This document shows, one piece after another, positions 9,107 through 19,189 of a stretch of 64,000 nucleotides of DNA. Location of the stretch: positions 1,376,001-1,440,000 of the forward strand of contig OY821641.1 of assembly GCA_963555995.3 (NCBI GenBank), read 5' to 3'. Position numbers and translations under genes: made by a program. Each line of letters opens with the position of its first letter. The stretch's first letter is position 1. The notes below the pieces were generated by a model. That model was not told where the DNA came from. It did no database searches and worked only from the letters and a program-made list of their open reading frames with translations. Origin of the DNA: Vicinamibacteria bacterium. GTDB taxonomy: Bacteria > Acidobacteriota > Vicinamibacteria > Marinacidobacterales > Marinacidobacteraceae.

Positions 9107-9564
9107 CAGGATGACGGGCCGAGGTGGGCGGGGAGGGCTTCCGGCTGCTGGGCCTCGTGCGGGTGCTCGCCGCCCGAATAGACCTTCAGCTTCGTGAACT
9201 GCGAACGCCCCAGACTGCCCTTGGGCAACATCCCCCGTACCGCGCTCTCGACGAGGCGCTCGGGATGGGCGCCGCGGACCTGGGCGGCGGTCCTCGATTT
9301 CAGACCGCCGGGCCGTCCGCTGGTCCGGTAGTACACCTTCTGCTCTTCCTTGCGGCCGGTGAGGCGGACCCGGGCGGCGTTCAGCACGATCACATGGTCA
9401 CCGCAGTCGAGAAAAGGGGTCCAGGACGGCTTGTGCTTGCCGGTCAGCACCCGGGCGACCCGGCTCGCGAGGCGGCCGAGAGGCTGATCGTCCGCATCCA
9501 CCACGAACCAGCGGCGCCTGATTTCACTGGCGCGCGCGAACGTTGTGCCTGCCGAACGGGACAA
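9106..9564 (-). CDS. rplM: 50S ribosomal protein L13 (probable TTG start at 9564)
   Basis: [54 protein letters not shown]. The N-terminal 340 aa of the listed ORF is spurious. Confidence 0.93.
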   Translation of the reverse strand: MSRSAGTTFARASEIRRRWFVVDADDQPLGRLASRVARVLTGKHKPSWTPFLDCGDHVIVLNAARVRLTGRKEEQKVYYRTSGRPGGLKSRTAAQVRGAHPERLVESAVRGMLPKGSLGRSQFTKLKVYSGGEHPHEAQQPEALPAHLGPSS

Positions 9565-9706
9565 AACGATGAGGATGGGTGCGGATGCGATTGCGGTGCG
9601 CTGAGGTGTTCCAGAGTAAAAAAATTTCGGGCGCGTCGCTTCCCGGCAGGTCCCGGTCCGAATGCCGCCGGAACGTGCGGAGGTCGCGGAGTCGCCCGAA
9701 GCGGGC

Positions 9707-9715
9707 AGTATAACA
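9707..9715 (-). promoter_or_regulatory. Candidate extended -10 promoter for the rplM-rpsI-rpsB-tsf operon
   Basis: Minus strand TG-T-TATACT about 140 nt upstream of rplM. It overlaps TATAAC (9709-9714) on the + strand, which faces the divergent gene. Confidence 0.45.
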
Positions 9716-9785
9716 GCCGATGGGCGCTGTACCGCGTTCCGCTTTTCGCGGCTTTGCGGTGAAAAGGCAGTCCCGCCGGTCCGCC

Positions 9786-9808
9786 GGAGCGCCAGCCTCC
9801 GGCCGGCA
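9786..9808 (+). repeat. REP-like element (degenerate)
   Basis: GGAGC-GCCAGCC-TCC-GGCCGGC-A. Confidence 0.6.
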
Positions 9809-9850
9809 TCGCGGGGTGTCCCGGTAGAGTTGGCAGGGAGGTTTGGCGAG

Positions 9851-10693
9851 ATGCAGGACAGCCGCCCCACGGTTCGTGACGAACGGGCGTTCAGGGACCC
9901 GGCCGAAATGTTGTCGCACCCGGCGGCGCTCCGCGCCGCCTGCCGGGACGGACGGTTTTCCGGGACGACCTCCGGAGCGTGTCCCGGTTTCGCCCAGGCC
10001 AACCTGGTCGTGTTGCCACGTTCGCTCGCCGGCGACTTCCAGACCTTCTGCGAGTGGAATCCAAAGCCCTGTCCGCTTTTGCTGATGAGCGAGAGCCCGG
10101 CGCTGACCTCCCTGGCTCCGGGTGCGGACCTCCGGACCGACGTGCCGCGGTACCGGGTGACCAGGCGCGGCGTCCCGCCCGTCGAGGTCACCGATGTCCG
10201 GGAGGCGTGGAATGCAGATCTCACCGCGTTCCTGCTCGGATGCAGCTTCGGTTTCGAGGCGGGACTCGTGGAGGCCGGAATCCGGCTCCGGCACCAGGAC
10301 GAGGGCCGCGTCGTCCCGATGTACCTCAGCGGGCGGGAGTGCGAACCGGCGGGGTCGTTCCACGGCCGCCTCGTGGTCACCCTGCGGCCGATTCCGGAGT
10401 CCCGGGTGGAGGACGCGGTGCGGATCAGCGGGGAGCAACCCCTCGCCCACGGGGCGCCGGTGCACATCGGCGATCCGGCGGCGCTCGGGATCCACGATCT
10501 CTCCCGGCCCGACTGGGGCGAGGACGGAGGACTGCTGCCGGGGGAAGTACCGGTCTTCTGGGCCTGCGGGGTGACCTCGCAGGTCGCCTGCCGCAACGCG
10601 CAGCCGGACCTCCTGATTACTCACGCACCGGGCCACATGTTCGTCACCGATGTCCCGGTGGAAGAGCAGAAGCGGCCCCTGCAGGCGGCATAG
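9851..10693 (+). CDS. DUF1445 putative hydro-lyase / D-glutamate cyclase family (YcsI-like)
   Basis: [75 protein letters not shown] before ATG 9851. Confidence 0.88.
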   Translation: MQDSRPTVRDERAFRDPAEMLSHPAALRAACRDGRFSGTTSGACPGFAQANLVVLPRSLAGDFQTFCEWNPKPCPLLLMSESPALTSLAPGADLRTDVPRYRVTRRGVPPVEVTDVREAWNADLTAFLLGCSFGFEAGLVEAGIRLRHQDEGRVVPMYLSGRECEPAGSFHGRLVVTLRPIPESRVEDAVRISGEQPLAHGAPVHIGDPAALGIHDLSRPDWGEDGGLLPGEVPVFWACGVTSQVACRNAQPDLLITHAPGHMFVTDVPVEEQKRPLQAA

Positions 10694-10715
10694 TCCGGAC
10701 CGCCGAGGTGATCCG

Positions 10716-13154
10716 ATGCGACTGATTGCCCTTTCAGCCCTCCTGGCCCTCGTTCCCGGGACTCTTTCCGCCCAGTGGACGAACCGTTACCCGAAACTCG
10801 ACGGGTATTCCCACCACGTCTACGTGGAGGGATTCGAACTGCCGATGCTGGTGGCGGGACCCACCGACCCGGCGCCCTCGCCGGACGGCAAGAGCATCGC
10901 GATCGCCGCGCGCGGCTGGCTCTGGCTGCTGGACCCGGCGACGGGGGTCGCGCGACGGGTGACCAGCGGCCCGGCGGTGGACAGCCGGCCCGCGTGGCAC
11001 CCGGACGGCGGACGGCTGGCGTTCCTGCGCGACGACAGCGAGCGGCTCACCATCTGGTCGTTCGATGTCGGGACCGGGGAGGAGACGCTGCTCTTCGAGG
11101 ATGACTCCATCGTCCTCGACCCCGCGTGGTCGTCCGACGGGGAAACGCTCTACTTCAGCGCCTCCACCGAGGGCGATCTGGATATCTGGCGGCTTTCGCT
11201 GGAGACGGGAGAGCCGGCGCGGGTCACCGAGCGGCGGGGCCTGGAGGTGCGCCCGCAGCCGCTGCCGGACGGGGGCCTCGCCTACCTGTCGAAGGGGCGT
11301 TCCTCTCCCGATGCGGTCATCGTCCGGGACGCTTCCGGGGCGGAAACCTCACTGCGGGCCGAGTCCATCGCCTCGCAGGCCCGGCCCGGCGCCGCGCCGG
11401 GAAAGGCCGTCCTGGCGCTGAACTGGCCGGCGGGGGACGGGGGCGACGGCTACCGGCTGATGCTGCTGGACCCCGAGAAGGTGGATCCGATGGAGCTGGT
11501 GGCCGCGCGGGGGCTGCCGCTGACGCCGGCGTTCACGGCAGACGGCGAGTCGGTGATCTATACGGAGGCGGACGAGAACGAGGAGTTCCGGCTGCGGAAG
11601 ATCAGCACGCGCGGCGGCCCGGTGACGGACGTTCCGATCCGCGGCTGGGACTTCGGGGCGCCGCTGGCCCGGGTGCGGATCACCACGCGAAAAGCTGGGG
11701 ACGACGCACCCGTGCCGGCGCGGCTCGCGGTATTGGATCCGGTCGGGCATCCGGCGGTGGTGCCGGGCGTGTTCCCCCGGTTCGACGGGACCCACGGCCG
11801 GATCTACTTCTACTCGTCCGGGGTCGTCGAGGTCGAGGTGCCGGCATCCCCGGCGGGAGAGGTGCGCATCACCGCCACCCACGGATTCAGCAGTCTCCCC
11901 GCCACGGCATCGGTCCCCGTGTCTCCCGGAGAGACGGCCGAGGCCGATCTGGTCTTCGAACCGCTCTGGGACGCGCGGGCGGCCGGCTACCGCTCCGCCG
12001 ATCACCACTTCCACCTCAACTACGGAGGGGTGACACGGCTTTCGCCGGACGACCTGGAGCTGTTGCAGGCGGGGGAGGATCTGGATCTCAGCACCCCGCT
12101 GATGGCCAACCTGCATCACCGGCGGAACGACACCGAGTTCTTCATGGACCGCCGGGTGGACGACGTCCCGGCCATCCTGTTCGGCCAGGAGGTCCGTTCC
12201 CACTTCCTGGGCCACCTCGGCCTGATCGGCATCGAGAGCGCGTTCTGGCCCTGGTTCTGGGGGCCGGGCTATCCGGTGTACGAGGCGGACGACCGTCCCA
12301 ATCGGGACGCGCTGGTCCATTCGCGGAGCCAGGGCGGGGTGAGCGCCTACATGCACCCGGTGTCGCGCCCGGATCCGTTCGGGAGCGAGGCGGGGCTGGG
12401 CGCGATTCCGATCATGGTGATCCCCGACGCCCTCCTCGGCGACCTCGACACCCTCGAGGTGGCCTGCCTCTGGACCAACGAGTTCGGCACGGCGGACCTC
12501 TGGCACCGGTTCCTGAACCTGGGAGTGCCGCTCGCCGCCTCCGCCGGTACCGACGTGATGCTCGACTACCACCGGACCATGGCGGTGGGAACCACCCGGA
12601 TCTACGTCCACGTGCCGGGGCCGTTCCGGATCGGGCCGTATCTGGAGGCTCTGAAGGCGGGGAAGAGCTTCGTCACGACGGGTCCGCTCCTGGATTTCCG
12701 CGTGGAGGGCGCCCGGCCCGGCGAGGCGCTCGGGCAGGGCGGGGAAGCCGCCTGGAAGCTGACGCTCGCCCACACCGGTCCCGTGGCGCAGGTGGACCTG
12801 CTCGTGAACGGGGCGACGGTGGAGACCCTTTCAGGACTCGCCGGCCCGGGAGTCCGCGAATTGAGCGGCGCCCTGACGCTTCCCGCCGGGGGATGGGTCG
12901 CGGCCCGAGTCCACGGCGGCGAGGAGAGCTGGCCCGGGATGAACGGTTCGGTCTTCGCCCAGACGTCACCCGTCTGGATCGGTCAGGTGGGAAGCCTCGA
13001 CCCGGCGGCGGCGGACGCGGCGGCCCGCGATCTGCTCCGCGCCCTCGACCACTCCGAAGCCGAGGTGCGCGAACGCTACGGCGATCTCCCGGTCCCCCGC
13101 ATCCTCGAACGCTTCACGCTCGCCCGCGAACGCCTCCAGGAATTCCTGCGCTAG
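10716..13154 (+). CDS. Secreted TolB/PD40 beta-propeller + CehA/McbA-type PHP metallohydrolase
   Basis: Signal peptide; PSPDGK, PAWHPDG, PAWSSDG repeats; C-terminal ADHHFH, GQEVRS..GH, YMHP, AGTD, SFVTTGP motifs. GAGGTG RBS. Confidence 0.72.
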   Translation: MRLIALSALLALVPGTLSAQWTNRYPKLDGYSHHVYVEGFELPMLVAGPTDPAPSPDGKSIAIAARGWLWLLDPATGVARRVTSGPAVDSRPAWHPDGGRLAFLRDDSERLTIWSFDVGTGEETLLFEDDSIVLDPAWSSDGETLYFSASTEGDLDIWRLSLETGEPARVTERRGLEVRPQPLPDGGLAYLSKGRSSPDAVIVRDASGAETSLRAESIASQARPGAAPGKAVLALNWPAGDGGDGYRLMLLDPEKVDPMELVAARGLPLTPAFTADGESVIYTEADENEEFRLRKISTRGGPVTDVPIRGWDFGAPLARVRITTRKAGDDAPVPARLAVLDPVGHPAVVPGVFPRFDGTHGRIYFYSSGVVEVEVPASPAGEVRITATHGFSSLPATASVPVSPGETAEADLVFEPLWDARAAGYRSADHHFHLNYGGVTRLSPDDLELLQAGEDLDLSTPLMANLHHRRNDTEFFMDRRVDDVPAILFGQEVRSHFLGHLGLIGIESAFWPWFWGPGYPVYEADDRPNRDALVHSRSQGGVSAYMHPVSRPDPFGSEAGLGAIPIMVIPDALLGDLDTLEVACLWTNEFGTADLWHRFLNLGVPLAASAGTDVMLDYHRTMAVGTTRIYVHVPGPFRIGPYLEALKAGKSFVTTGPLLDFRVEGARPGEALGQGGEAAWKLTLAHTGPVAQVDLLVNGATVETLSGLAGPGVRELSGALTLPAGGWVAARVHGGEESWPGMNGSVFAQTSPVWIGQVGSLDPAAADAAARDLLRALDHSEAEVRERYGDLPVPRILERFTLARERLQEFLR

Positions 13155-13165
13155 CGACGCGTACC

Positions 13166-13310
13166 GCTTGGAACGCCGGTCTTCAGACCGGCACGCGCGA
13201 TGCTCCGCACCAAGCACGTCGCAACGCCCTCGCCTCGCAGCACCCACGGCTTGGAACGCCGGTCTCCAGACCGGCACGCGCGATGCTCCGCACCGCGCAC
13301 GGCGCAACCC
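13166..13310 (+). repeat. Tandem pair of REP-like elements (83-bp period)
   Basis: GCTTGGAACGCCGGTCT(T/C)CAGACCGGCACGCGCGATGCTCCGCACC at 13166 and 13249. Confidence 0.9.
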
Positions 13311-13531
13311 CATCCCCCTCACTCCACCGACGCCCATTCCCGCGCATACCGGCACGGCGGTGAGTGACGTACCCTGATAGCCATGACGACGCTTGTCGAG
13401 GGTTCGGGCCGTGCCCACAGCCGCGGGCGATGCGTGCCGGCGCGTTCCCTCGGGCGCACGGGCGGTGTCGAGGTCAGTCTGCTCCGCTCCCACTGCCACC
13501 CCATCCATGACCTGACCCCCGGGAGTTCGCG

Positions 13532-14968
13532 ATGAGTTCGATCGACCGCCGTCGTTTCCTCCAGCGGCTCGCCGTATCTGCGCCGTCCCTGATCGGGCTG
13601 GTCCGTCGCAGCGATGCACAGGGACTGGCCCCGCCGGCGCTAGCCGCCCAATCGCCCGCACCCGCCGTACCGGTAGAGCCGCCGCACGCGCCCGACTACG
13701 GGCGACTGGTAACCAGCTCGGACAGTCCCCAGTTCGAGACTCCCGAGGGCTTCCGCTGCGTACCCCTGAGTTCGGGCGGCGTGGCTTCGTCGGTACGATC
13801 CGGTCTCGAAGTGCCCAATGCCTTTGACGGCATGGCGGCCTTCCCGTTGCCGAACGGCAACGTCCGCCTGATCCGCAACCACGAAATGGTTGACAGCGCG
13901 AGCAGTCCGCAGGCGCGACCCATCGGCGAGCCCTACTACGATGCACTGGCGACCGGAGGAACCACGTCGCTGGAGGTCCGGATCGCGGAGTCGGCAGGTG
14001 ACCTGACCGTCGAGCTGGTGGATGAATTCGTGTCCCTGGCGGGCACTTGCGTGAACTGTGCGGGCGGGCCAACGCCCTGGGGAAGCTGGCTGTCCTGCGA
14101 GGAGACCGTACGAGGTCTGGAGGCCGGCTACCTGCGGCCGCACGGGTACGTCTTCGAGGTTCCGGCGAGCGCCACGGGTCCGGTGGATCCAGTGCCGCTA
14201 CGCGCGATGGGGCGCTTCGAGCACGAGGCCGCGGCGGTGGACCCGGCCACCGGGATCGTTTACGAGACCGAAGATCAGGACTACGAGCCGGACGAGGACG
14301 CGGGCGCGGGCTTTTACCGCTTCATCCCCGATCAGGTGGGAGTGCTGTCCGCAGGAGGCCGTCTGCAGATGCTGGCGATCACGGGCCGACCCGGAACCGC
14401 GCTGGCGCTCGGACAGACGGTTGGCGCCGTGTTCCCGGTCCACTGGGTTGACATCGCCGATCCCGATCCTGCGGATGCCGAAGCGAATCCACTGGCGGTC
14501 TTCAGGCAGGGTCGGGCACAGGGCGCCGCGAGCTTCGACCGGCTCGAAGGCGCCTGGTACGGAGACGGTGGCATCTACATCGTGTCCACCAGCGGCGGCG
14601 CCGCCCGATGCGGCCAGGTCTTCCACTACCGTCCCACGTCCGCTGGCGCCGGCGAACTGACGGTGGTCTTCGAGTCCTTGTCCAGCCGGATGCTGGATGC
14701 CCCGGACAACGTCGTAGTCAGCCCGCGGGGCGGGGTCGTGCTCTGTGAAGACGGGACCGACGATCACTACATCCGGGGTCTGAATCGCGAGGGGCAGATC
14801 TTCGACCTCGTGCATGCACCCAACCCGGTCGGTGAGTACGCGGGAACGTGTTTCAGCCCTGACGGAAAGGTGATGTTCTTCAACGTGCAGGGGTCGTCGT
14901 CCGTTGGCGGTTCCCGGTCGAGTACGACGTACGCGATGTGGGGGCCCTGGGAGGCGGGACCGGTCTAG
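13532..14968 (+). CDS. Tat-exported alkaline phosphatase PhoX family (DUF839)
   Basis: RRRFLQ Tat motif; DGMAAF, LIRNHE, NCAGGPTPWGSWLSCEE, MGRFEHEA, YETED, PDN, LCEDG, EYAG.CFSPDG. Confidence 0.85.
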   Translation: MSSIDRRRFLQRLAVSAPSLIGLVRRSDAQGLAPPALAAQSPAPAVPVEPPHAPDYGRLVTSSDSPQFETPEGFRCVPLSSGGVASSVRSGLEVPNAFDGMAAFPLPNGNVRLIRNHEMVDSASSPQARPIGEPYYDALATGGTTSLEVRIAESAGDLTVELVDEFVSLAGTCVNCAGGPTPWGSWLSCEETVRGLEAGYLRPHGYVFEVPASATGPVDPVPLRAMGRFEHEAAAVDPATGIVYETEDQDYEPDEDAGAGFYRFIPDQVGVLSAGGRLQMLAITGRPGTALALGQTVGAVFPVHWVDIADPDPADAEANPLAVFRQGRAQGAASFDRLEGAWYGDGGIYIVSTSGGAARCGQVFHYRPTSAGAGELTVVFESLSSRMLDAPDNVVVSPRGGVVLCEDGTDDHYIRGLNREGQIFDLVHAPNPVGEYAGTCFSPDGKVMFFNVQGSSSVGGSRSSTTYAMWGPWEAGPV

Positions 14969-14980
14969 CACCGGGCCGTT

Positions 14981-16320
14981 CTACTCCCCCAGGTCCACCA
15001 CCCGGAGGTTCCGCCAGCGCACCTTGATCCCGCCGCCGTCGTGGATCTGGAGTGCGATCGAGCCCTCGGCCGCCCCGATCTGCGCGCGAAGTCCACCATC
15101 CGGGTCCCGTTCAGCCAGGTGGTTACCCGGTCGCCCACCGCTCGGACGCGCAGGGTGTTCCACGCGCCCATGTTCAGGGCCTCGTCGAGCGCCGGATCGG
15201 GCTGCACCAGCCAGCCGCGGCCGTACGACTCGTAGATGCCGCCGGTGAAAAGGCCGGGAGGCGCCACCTCCGCCTGCCAGCCGCTCACGATGGTCCCTTC
15301 CACGCCGGCGCGGAAGAACACCCCGCTGTTGCCGTCGGCCTCCTGCAGGAACTCGACGGCGAGATCGAAGTCGCGAAACGTCCGGTCGGTCTTCAGGTAG
15401 CCGTATTCCGCGTCAGGGCCGCTTTCGCAAACGAGTTCCCCGTTTTCGACGTACCAGCGCTCGGTGCCGTGCACCTGCCAGCCGTCGAGGTCCTCGCCGT
15501 TGAACAGGGACACGGGTGCGAGGGGCAGGATCCTGATGCTCCGGTACCAGACGTTCCGGCCGTGGTCCTGGAGGCCGATGGGCCCTGACGCCGCGCGGCC
15601 GTAGCGCGGATACGGAGCGAACTTGCTGGCCGCGACGAGCTCCTCCCATTCCGGCGAGCCGAACTTGTACTCCACCGTCTTCGTCCCGTTCAGCCAGTGC
15701 TCCACGTGGTCGTTCAGCACGCGGATGCGGCCCTCGTTCCATTCGCCGGGTCCGTGCAGGGTCTTCTCGCCCGCGGCGTGCAGGTCGTAGTTGTCGCCGG
15801 TGAGGTGTTTGTGCATGTCCATCGTGCCCATCTCGATGTAGGCGTCGTCGTCGAGCACCTGGTACTCGGGCGCGCCCCACCAGATCTCAGCGCCCTCTTC
15901 CTCGATCACCCGGTACAAGACGCCGCTGTTGGCCACCTCGGAGAGCCGGAACTCGAACTTGAGGTCGAAGTCGCTGAAGGACTCGGTGGTGACGATGTCC
16001 CCGCCGACCGGGACGTCCGGGTCCGTGGCGGTGGCGCCCACGACCAGCATGCCGTCCATCACGCCCCAGCCAGTGTCGGGGAATTCCTCCCGGTTGTAGC
16101 CCCGCCATCCGTTCGCCGTCTCTCCGTCGAAGAGGAGGCGCCAGCCCGCGGCGCGCTCGGCCTCGGTAAGGGTGTTGGGCGGAGTGGATCGCTCCTCGGC
16201 GGGAGTGGCCGTCCCGGATGCGGCGACTCCGCCGTCCGGAGACTCACCGCCACAGGCTGCGGTGAGAGCCACCGCCAGGAGCGCTTTCCCGAGGGTCTGC
16301 ATTTCGTTTCTCACGTTCAT
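14981..16320 (-). CDS. Lipoprotein with two DUF1080 (3-keto-glycoside hydrolase-like) domains; apparent frameshift near 15081-15088
   Basis: Lipobox LTAAC; GWRLLFDG, NSGV, EYQVLDD, IGLQDHG..VWYRSI; second domain LFNGEDLDGW...GNSGVFFR. The true C-terminus (GSIALQIHDGGGIKVRWRNL) lies in the frame ending at 14981. Confidence 0.8.
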
Positions 16321-17729
16321 CAGGCGAGCCTCATCGCGTCGGGGTCCCAGCGGACCGCGCGGTCCTGGAAGTAGGCGAGGTTGCAGGCCAGGGCGGGAGC
16401 GGCGGCCCGGAGGCCGAAGGCCGCGTCCTGAACCACCGGCGGCCCGCCGCGGACCGCCTCGAAGAAGCCCACGTAGTGGTCCACCAGCGCGCCGCGGTAG
16501 CCGCGTTCGACCGCGTGGTGGATCTCCACCGGGGGCTGCATCCGGACCCGGGCGGGCAGGCCCTCCGGGTCCGCCGCCGCGTCGGCCATCTTCTCCCGGG
16601 AGAAGGCGTCCATCGGATCCACCGCCACGTTCTTGCGCAGCACCACCTCGGTCCAGGTGACGTCCATCGAACCCTCGCTCCCGACCAGGCGCAGGAACGT
16701 GCTGCCGGACGTTCCGTCCACGAAGTTGACGCGCAGCGACAGGTTGAAGCCGGGGTGCGTGTCGGTCGCGGGATAGTCGAACATGCCGAGGAGCACGTCC
16801 GGCACCTCGCGGCCGTCCTCCCAGTAGCGCAGCCCGCCCGTCGCCTGGATGCGCGTCGGCCCGCGCGAGCTCACGATGAAGTGCAGGCTCGAAAAGAGGT
16901 GGACGAAGAGGTCGCCGGCGACCCCGGTGCCGTAGTCGCGGTAGTTCCGCCAGCGGAAGACGCGCAGCGGGTCGTAGGGGACCTCGGGCGCCGGACCCAG
17001 GAAACGCTTCCAGTCAACGGTCGCTCCGGACGCGCCGGCGGGAATCGGATACTGCCAGGCGCCGAGGGGATCGTTGCGCGCCCAGAAGCCCTCGGCGTAG
17101 TTGAGTTCGCCGATGGCCCCGGCCTCGTAGAGCTCCTTCGCCTTCTCGTTGCCGAGCGAACTCATCCCCTGGCTGCCCACCTGGAACACCCTCCCGGATT
17201 CCTGCTGCGCCTGGATCAGGCCGTGCCCCTCGGCAATGTCGTGGACCATCGGCTTTTCGCAGTACGCGGCCTTGCCCGCCCCGAGCGCGTCCACCGAGAT
17301 CGGCTGATGCCAGTGGTCGGGTGTCCCGACGATGACCGCGTCCACATCGTCGCGGGCGAGCACTTCCCGGTAGTCGCGGGTGGTGAAGATGGCCCCGTGC
17401 CGATCGCGGGCGGCGTCGAGGCGGCCGTCGAAGATGTCGCAGGCCGCCACGAGTTCGACCCCGGGGATGCGGAGCGCGGTGTCCACGCCGGCCATCCCCA
17501 TCCCGCCCGCACCGATGACGGCCAAGCCGATCCGGTCGGAAGGGGCGACGCGGCCGCCGGGAGCCCCACCGGCGAGCGCGCGGGTCTCCCGGCGAACCAT
17601 GGTGCGGCGTTCGCCCGCGAGCAGGGACGGCAGACCGGCGGCCAGCGCCGGTCCGGCCGTGACGGTCCTGATGAACTGCCGCCGGCTGCGGGCCGGGGTC
17701 CGGGGACTGGGGCTTCGTGTTTCGCTCAT
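16320..17729 (-). CDS. Tat-exported Gfo/Idh/MocA oxidoreductase
   Basis: SRRQFI; IGAGGMG; VGTPDHWH; YCEKPM; FRWRNYRDYGTG..GDLFVH. Confidence 0.88.
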   Translation of the reverse strand: MSETRSPSPRTPARSRRQFIRTVTAGPALAAGLPSLLAGERRTMVRRETRALAGGAPGGRVAPSDRIGLAVIGAGGMGMAGVDTALRIPGVELVAACDIFDGRLDAARDRHGAIFTTRDYREVLARDDVDAVIVGTPDHWHQPISVDALGAGKAAYCEKPMVHDIAEGHGLIQAQQESGRVFQVGSQGMSSLGNEKAKELYEAGAIGELNYAEGFWARNDPLGAWQYPIPAGASGATVDWKRFLGPAPEVPYDPLRVFRWRNYRDYGTGVAGDLFVHLFSSLHFIVSSRGPTRIQATGGLRYWEDGREVPDVLLGMFDYPATDTHPGFNLSLRVNFVDGTSGSTFLRLVGSEGSMDVTWTEVVLRKNVAVDPMDAFSREKMADAAADPEGLPARVRMQPPVEIHHAVERGYRGALVDHYVGFFEAVRGGPPVVQDAAFGLRAAAPALACNLAYFQDRAVRWDPDAMRLA

Positions 17730-17792
17730 GAGTGGGTCCGTCTTGCGCTCGGAGGGGGTGGGTCGCCGAGCCGGGCGAGCATACGTGCCCGG

Positions 17793-19148
17793 TCAGACGA
17801 GCGGGAACAGGGTGGCGAGGAGCAGGACCTGCAGCACCCCGAAGACTCCGACCGCGGCGGCGACCGCCGTCCAGGTGCGGAAGGTTTCCCCTTCGCTGAA
17901 CCCGGACATCCGGCCGACCACCCAGAAGCCGCTGTCGTTCATCCAGGAGGCCGCCATCGAGCCGAACCCCACCGCCGCGAAGAGGTAGGCGGGGTGGAAG
18001 GAAAGCGCGGTGGAATCCGGAACCAGCGACGCCACGATCGCCGATCCGGTGAGGATGGCGACCGTTCCCGATCCCTGCGCCAGCTTGAGGAGGGAGGCGA
18101 TCCCGGCCGCGAGGAGCAGGAGAAGGACGCCGTCGGCGGCGGCGGAGACCCGCGCCAGGTCCTCCGTGATGCCCGCTCCCGCGAGGGCGCGCCCGAACGC
18201 GCCGCCGGCCGCCGTGATCAGGATGATGGGACCGGCTTCGCCGATGGCGCCGCCGAAGGAGCCGAGAAGCTGTCTCACCGGAGACCGCTGCGTCTTCCAG
18301 AGCACGAAGGCCGCGGCGAACGCCGCCAGGAAGAGCGCCGCGTTCCGGTGGCCCAGGACGGCCGCCCAAGCCGCCCCCGGAACGGTCCCTTCGGCGCCGG
18401 CGGCGACCGCGGAGGCCCCGCTCATGAGGACGACCGGGAGCGCGATCGGGAACACCGAGGCGACGAGCCCCGGGCGGCTCCCGCCGGTGGCTCCCCGATC
18501 CGGAACGGGGGTTTCACGGCTGTCGGGTTCGACGTTCAGGCCTCGTGCGAACCTGGGTGCGGTGAGGAGGGCCGCGGTCACCGGCAGCAGCCCGAGCAGC
18601 AGCCCGAACCCGATGGCGGTCCCCAGGTCGAGCCGCAGCGTGTCCGCCATGCCGAGCGGGCCAGGAGTCGGCGGCACGAGGGAATGGGTCGCGATGGCGC
18701 CGGCGCAGATCGCCATCACGAACATGGGGTAGCGGCCCGGCGCCCGGCGGGCCAGCGCGCGGGCCAGGGGAATCAGCAGGAAGAACACCGTGTCGAAGAA
18801 GACCGGGATGGAGAGCACGTAGGCTGCGGCGGCGAGCGCCCAGACCGCGCGGCGCTCCCCGAAGAGGCCGAGCAGCGACCCCGCGATCCGGTCCGCCGCG
18901 CCGCTCCGCAGCAGGCAGTCGCCGATCACCGCCGCGAGCGCGATGGCGATCCCGATGGCTCCAACCAAGTCGCCGAAGGCGGTGGCCGTCGTTTCGAGGG
19001 CCTCGAAGACACGCTCGGGGGCCGAGACCTCCCGAGAACCCAGCGAACCCGCCAGGATCGCGCCCAGCGTCAGCGCCAGGAACGGGTGGAGACGCAGAAC
19101 GCCGATGGACAGCGCGACGAACAGCGTGCCGAGGAGGACGGCGGTCAT
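17793..19148 (-). CDS. GntP family (gluconate/sugar-acid:H+) permease
   Basis: LHPFLAL, SIPVFFD, THSLVPPTPGP, KLAQGSGTVA, SWMNDSGFW. Confidence 0.88.
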   Translation of the reverse strand: MTAVLLGTLFVALSIGVLRLHPFLALTLGAILAGSLGSREVSAPERVFEALETTATAFGDLVGAIGIAIALAAVIGDCLLRSGAADRIAGSLLGLFGERRAVWALAAAAYVLSIPVFFDTVFFLLIPLARALARRAPGRYPMFVMAICAGAIATHSLVPPTPGPLGMADTLRLDLGTAIGFGLLLGLLPVTAALLTAPRFARGLNVEPDSRETPVPDRGATGGSRPGLVASVFPIALPVVLMSGASAVAAGAEGTVPGAAWAAVLGHRNAALFLAAFAAAFVLWKTQRSPVRQLLGSFGGAIGEAGPIILITAAGGAFGRALAGAGITEDLARVSAAADGVLLLLLAAGIASLLKLAQGSGTVAILTGSAIVASLVPDSTALSFHPAYLFAAVGFGSMAASWMNDSGFWVVGRMSGFSEGETFRTWTAVAAAVGVFGVLQVLLLATLFPLV

Positions 19149-19189
19149 GGGTCCGAGAGGATGTCACGCGCCCCCGGCCGGCGGCGCGC

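Noticed and set aside
9565-10596. Apparent 340-aa N-terminal extension on L13
   Set aside because: It is the antisense of the DUF1445 gene; L13 homology starts near TTG 9564.
13166-13310. Palindromic direct repeats with a spacer (also 38272-38449), considered as mini-CRISPR arrays
   Set aside because: Only two units per site, inconsistent periods (83 versus 120 bp), the same motif is dispersed in both orientations, and there are no cas genes. This fits REP elements.
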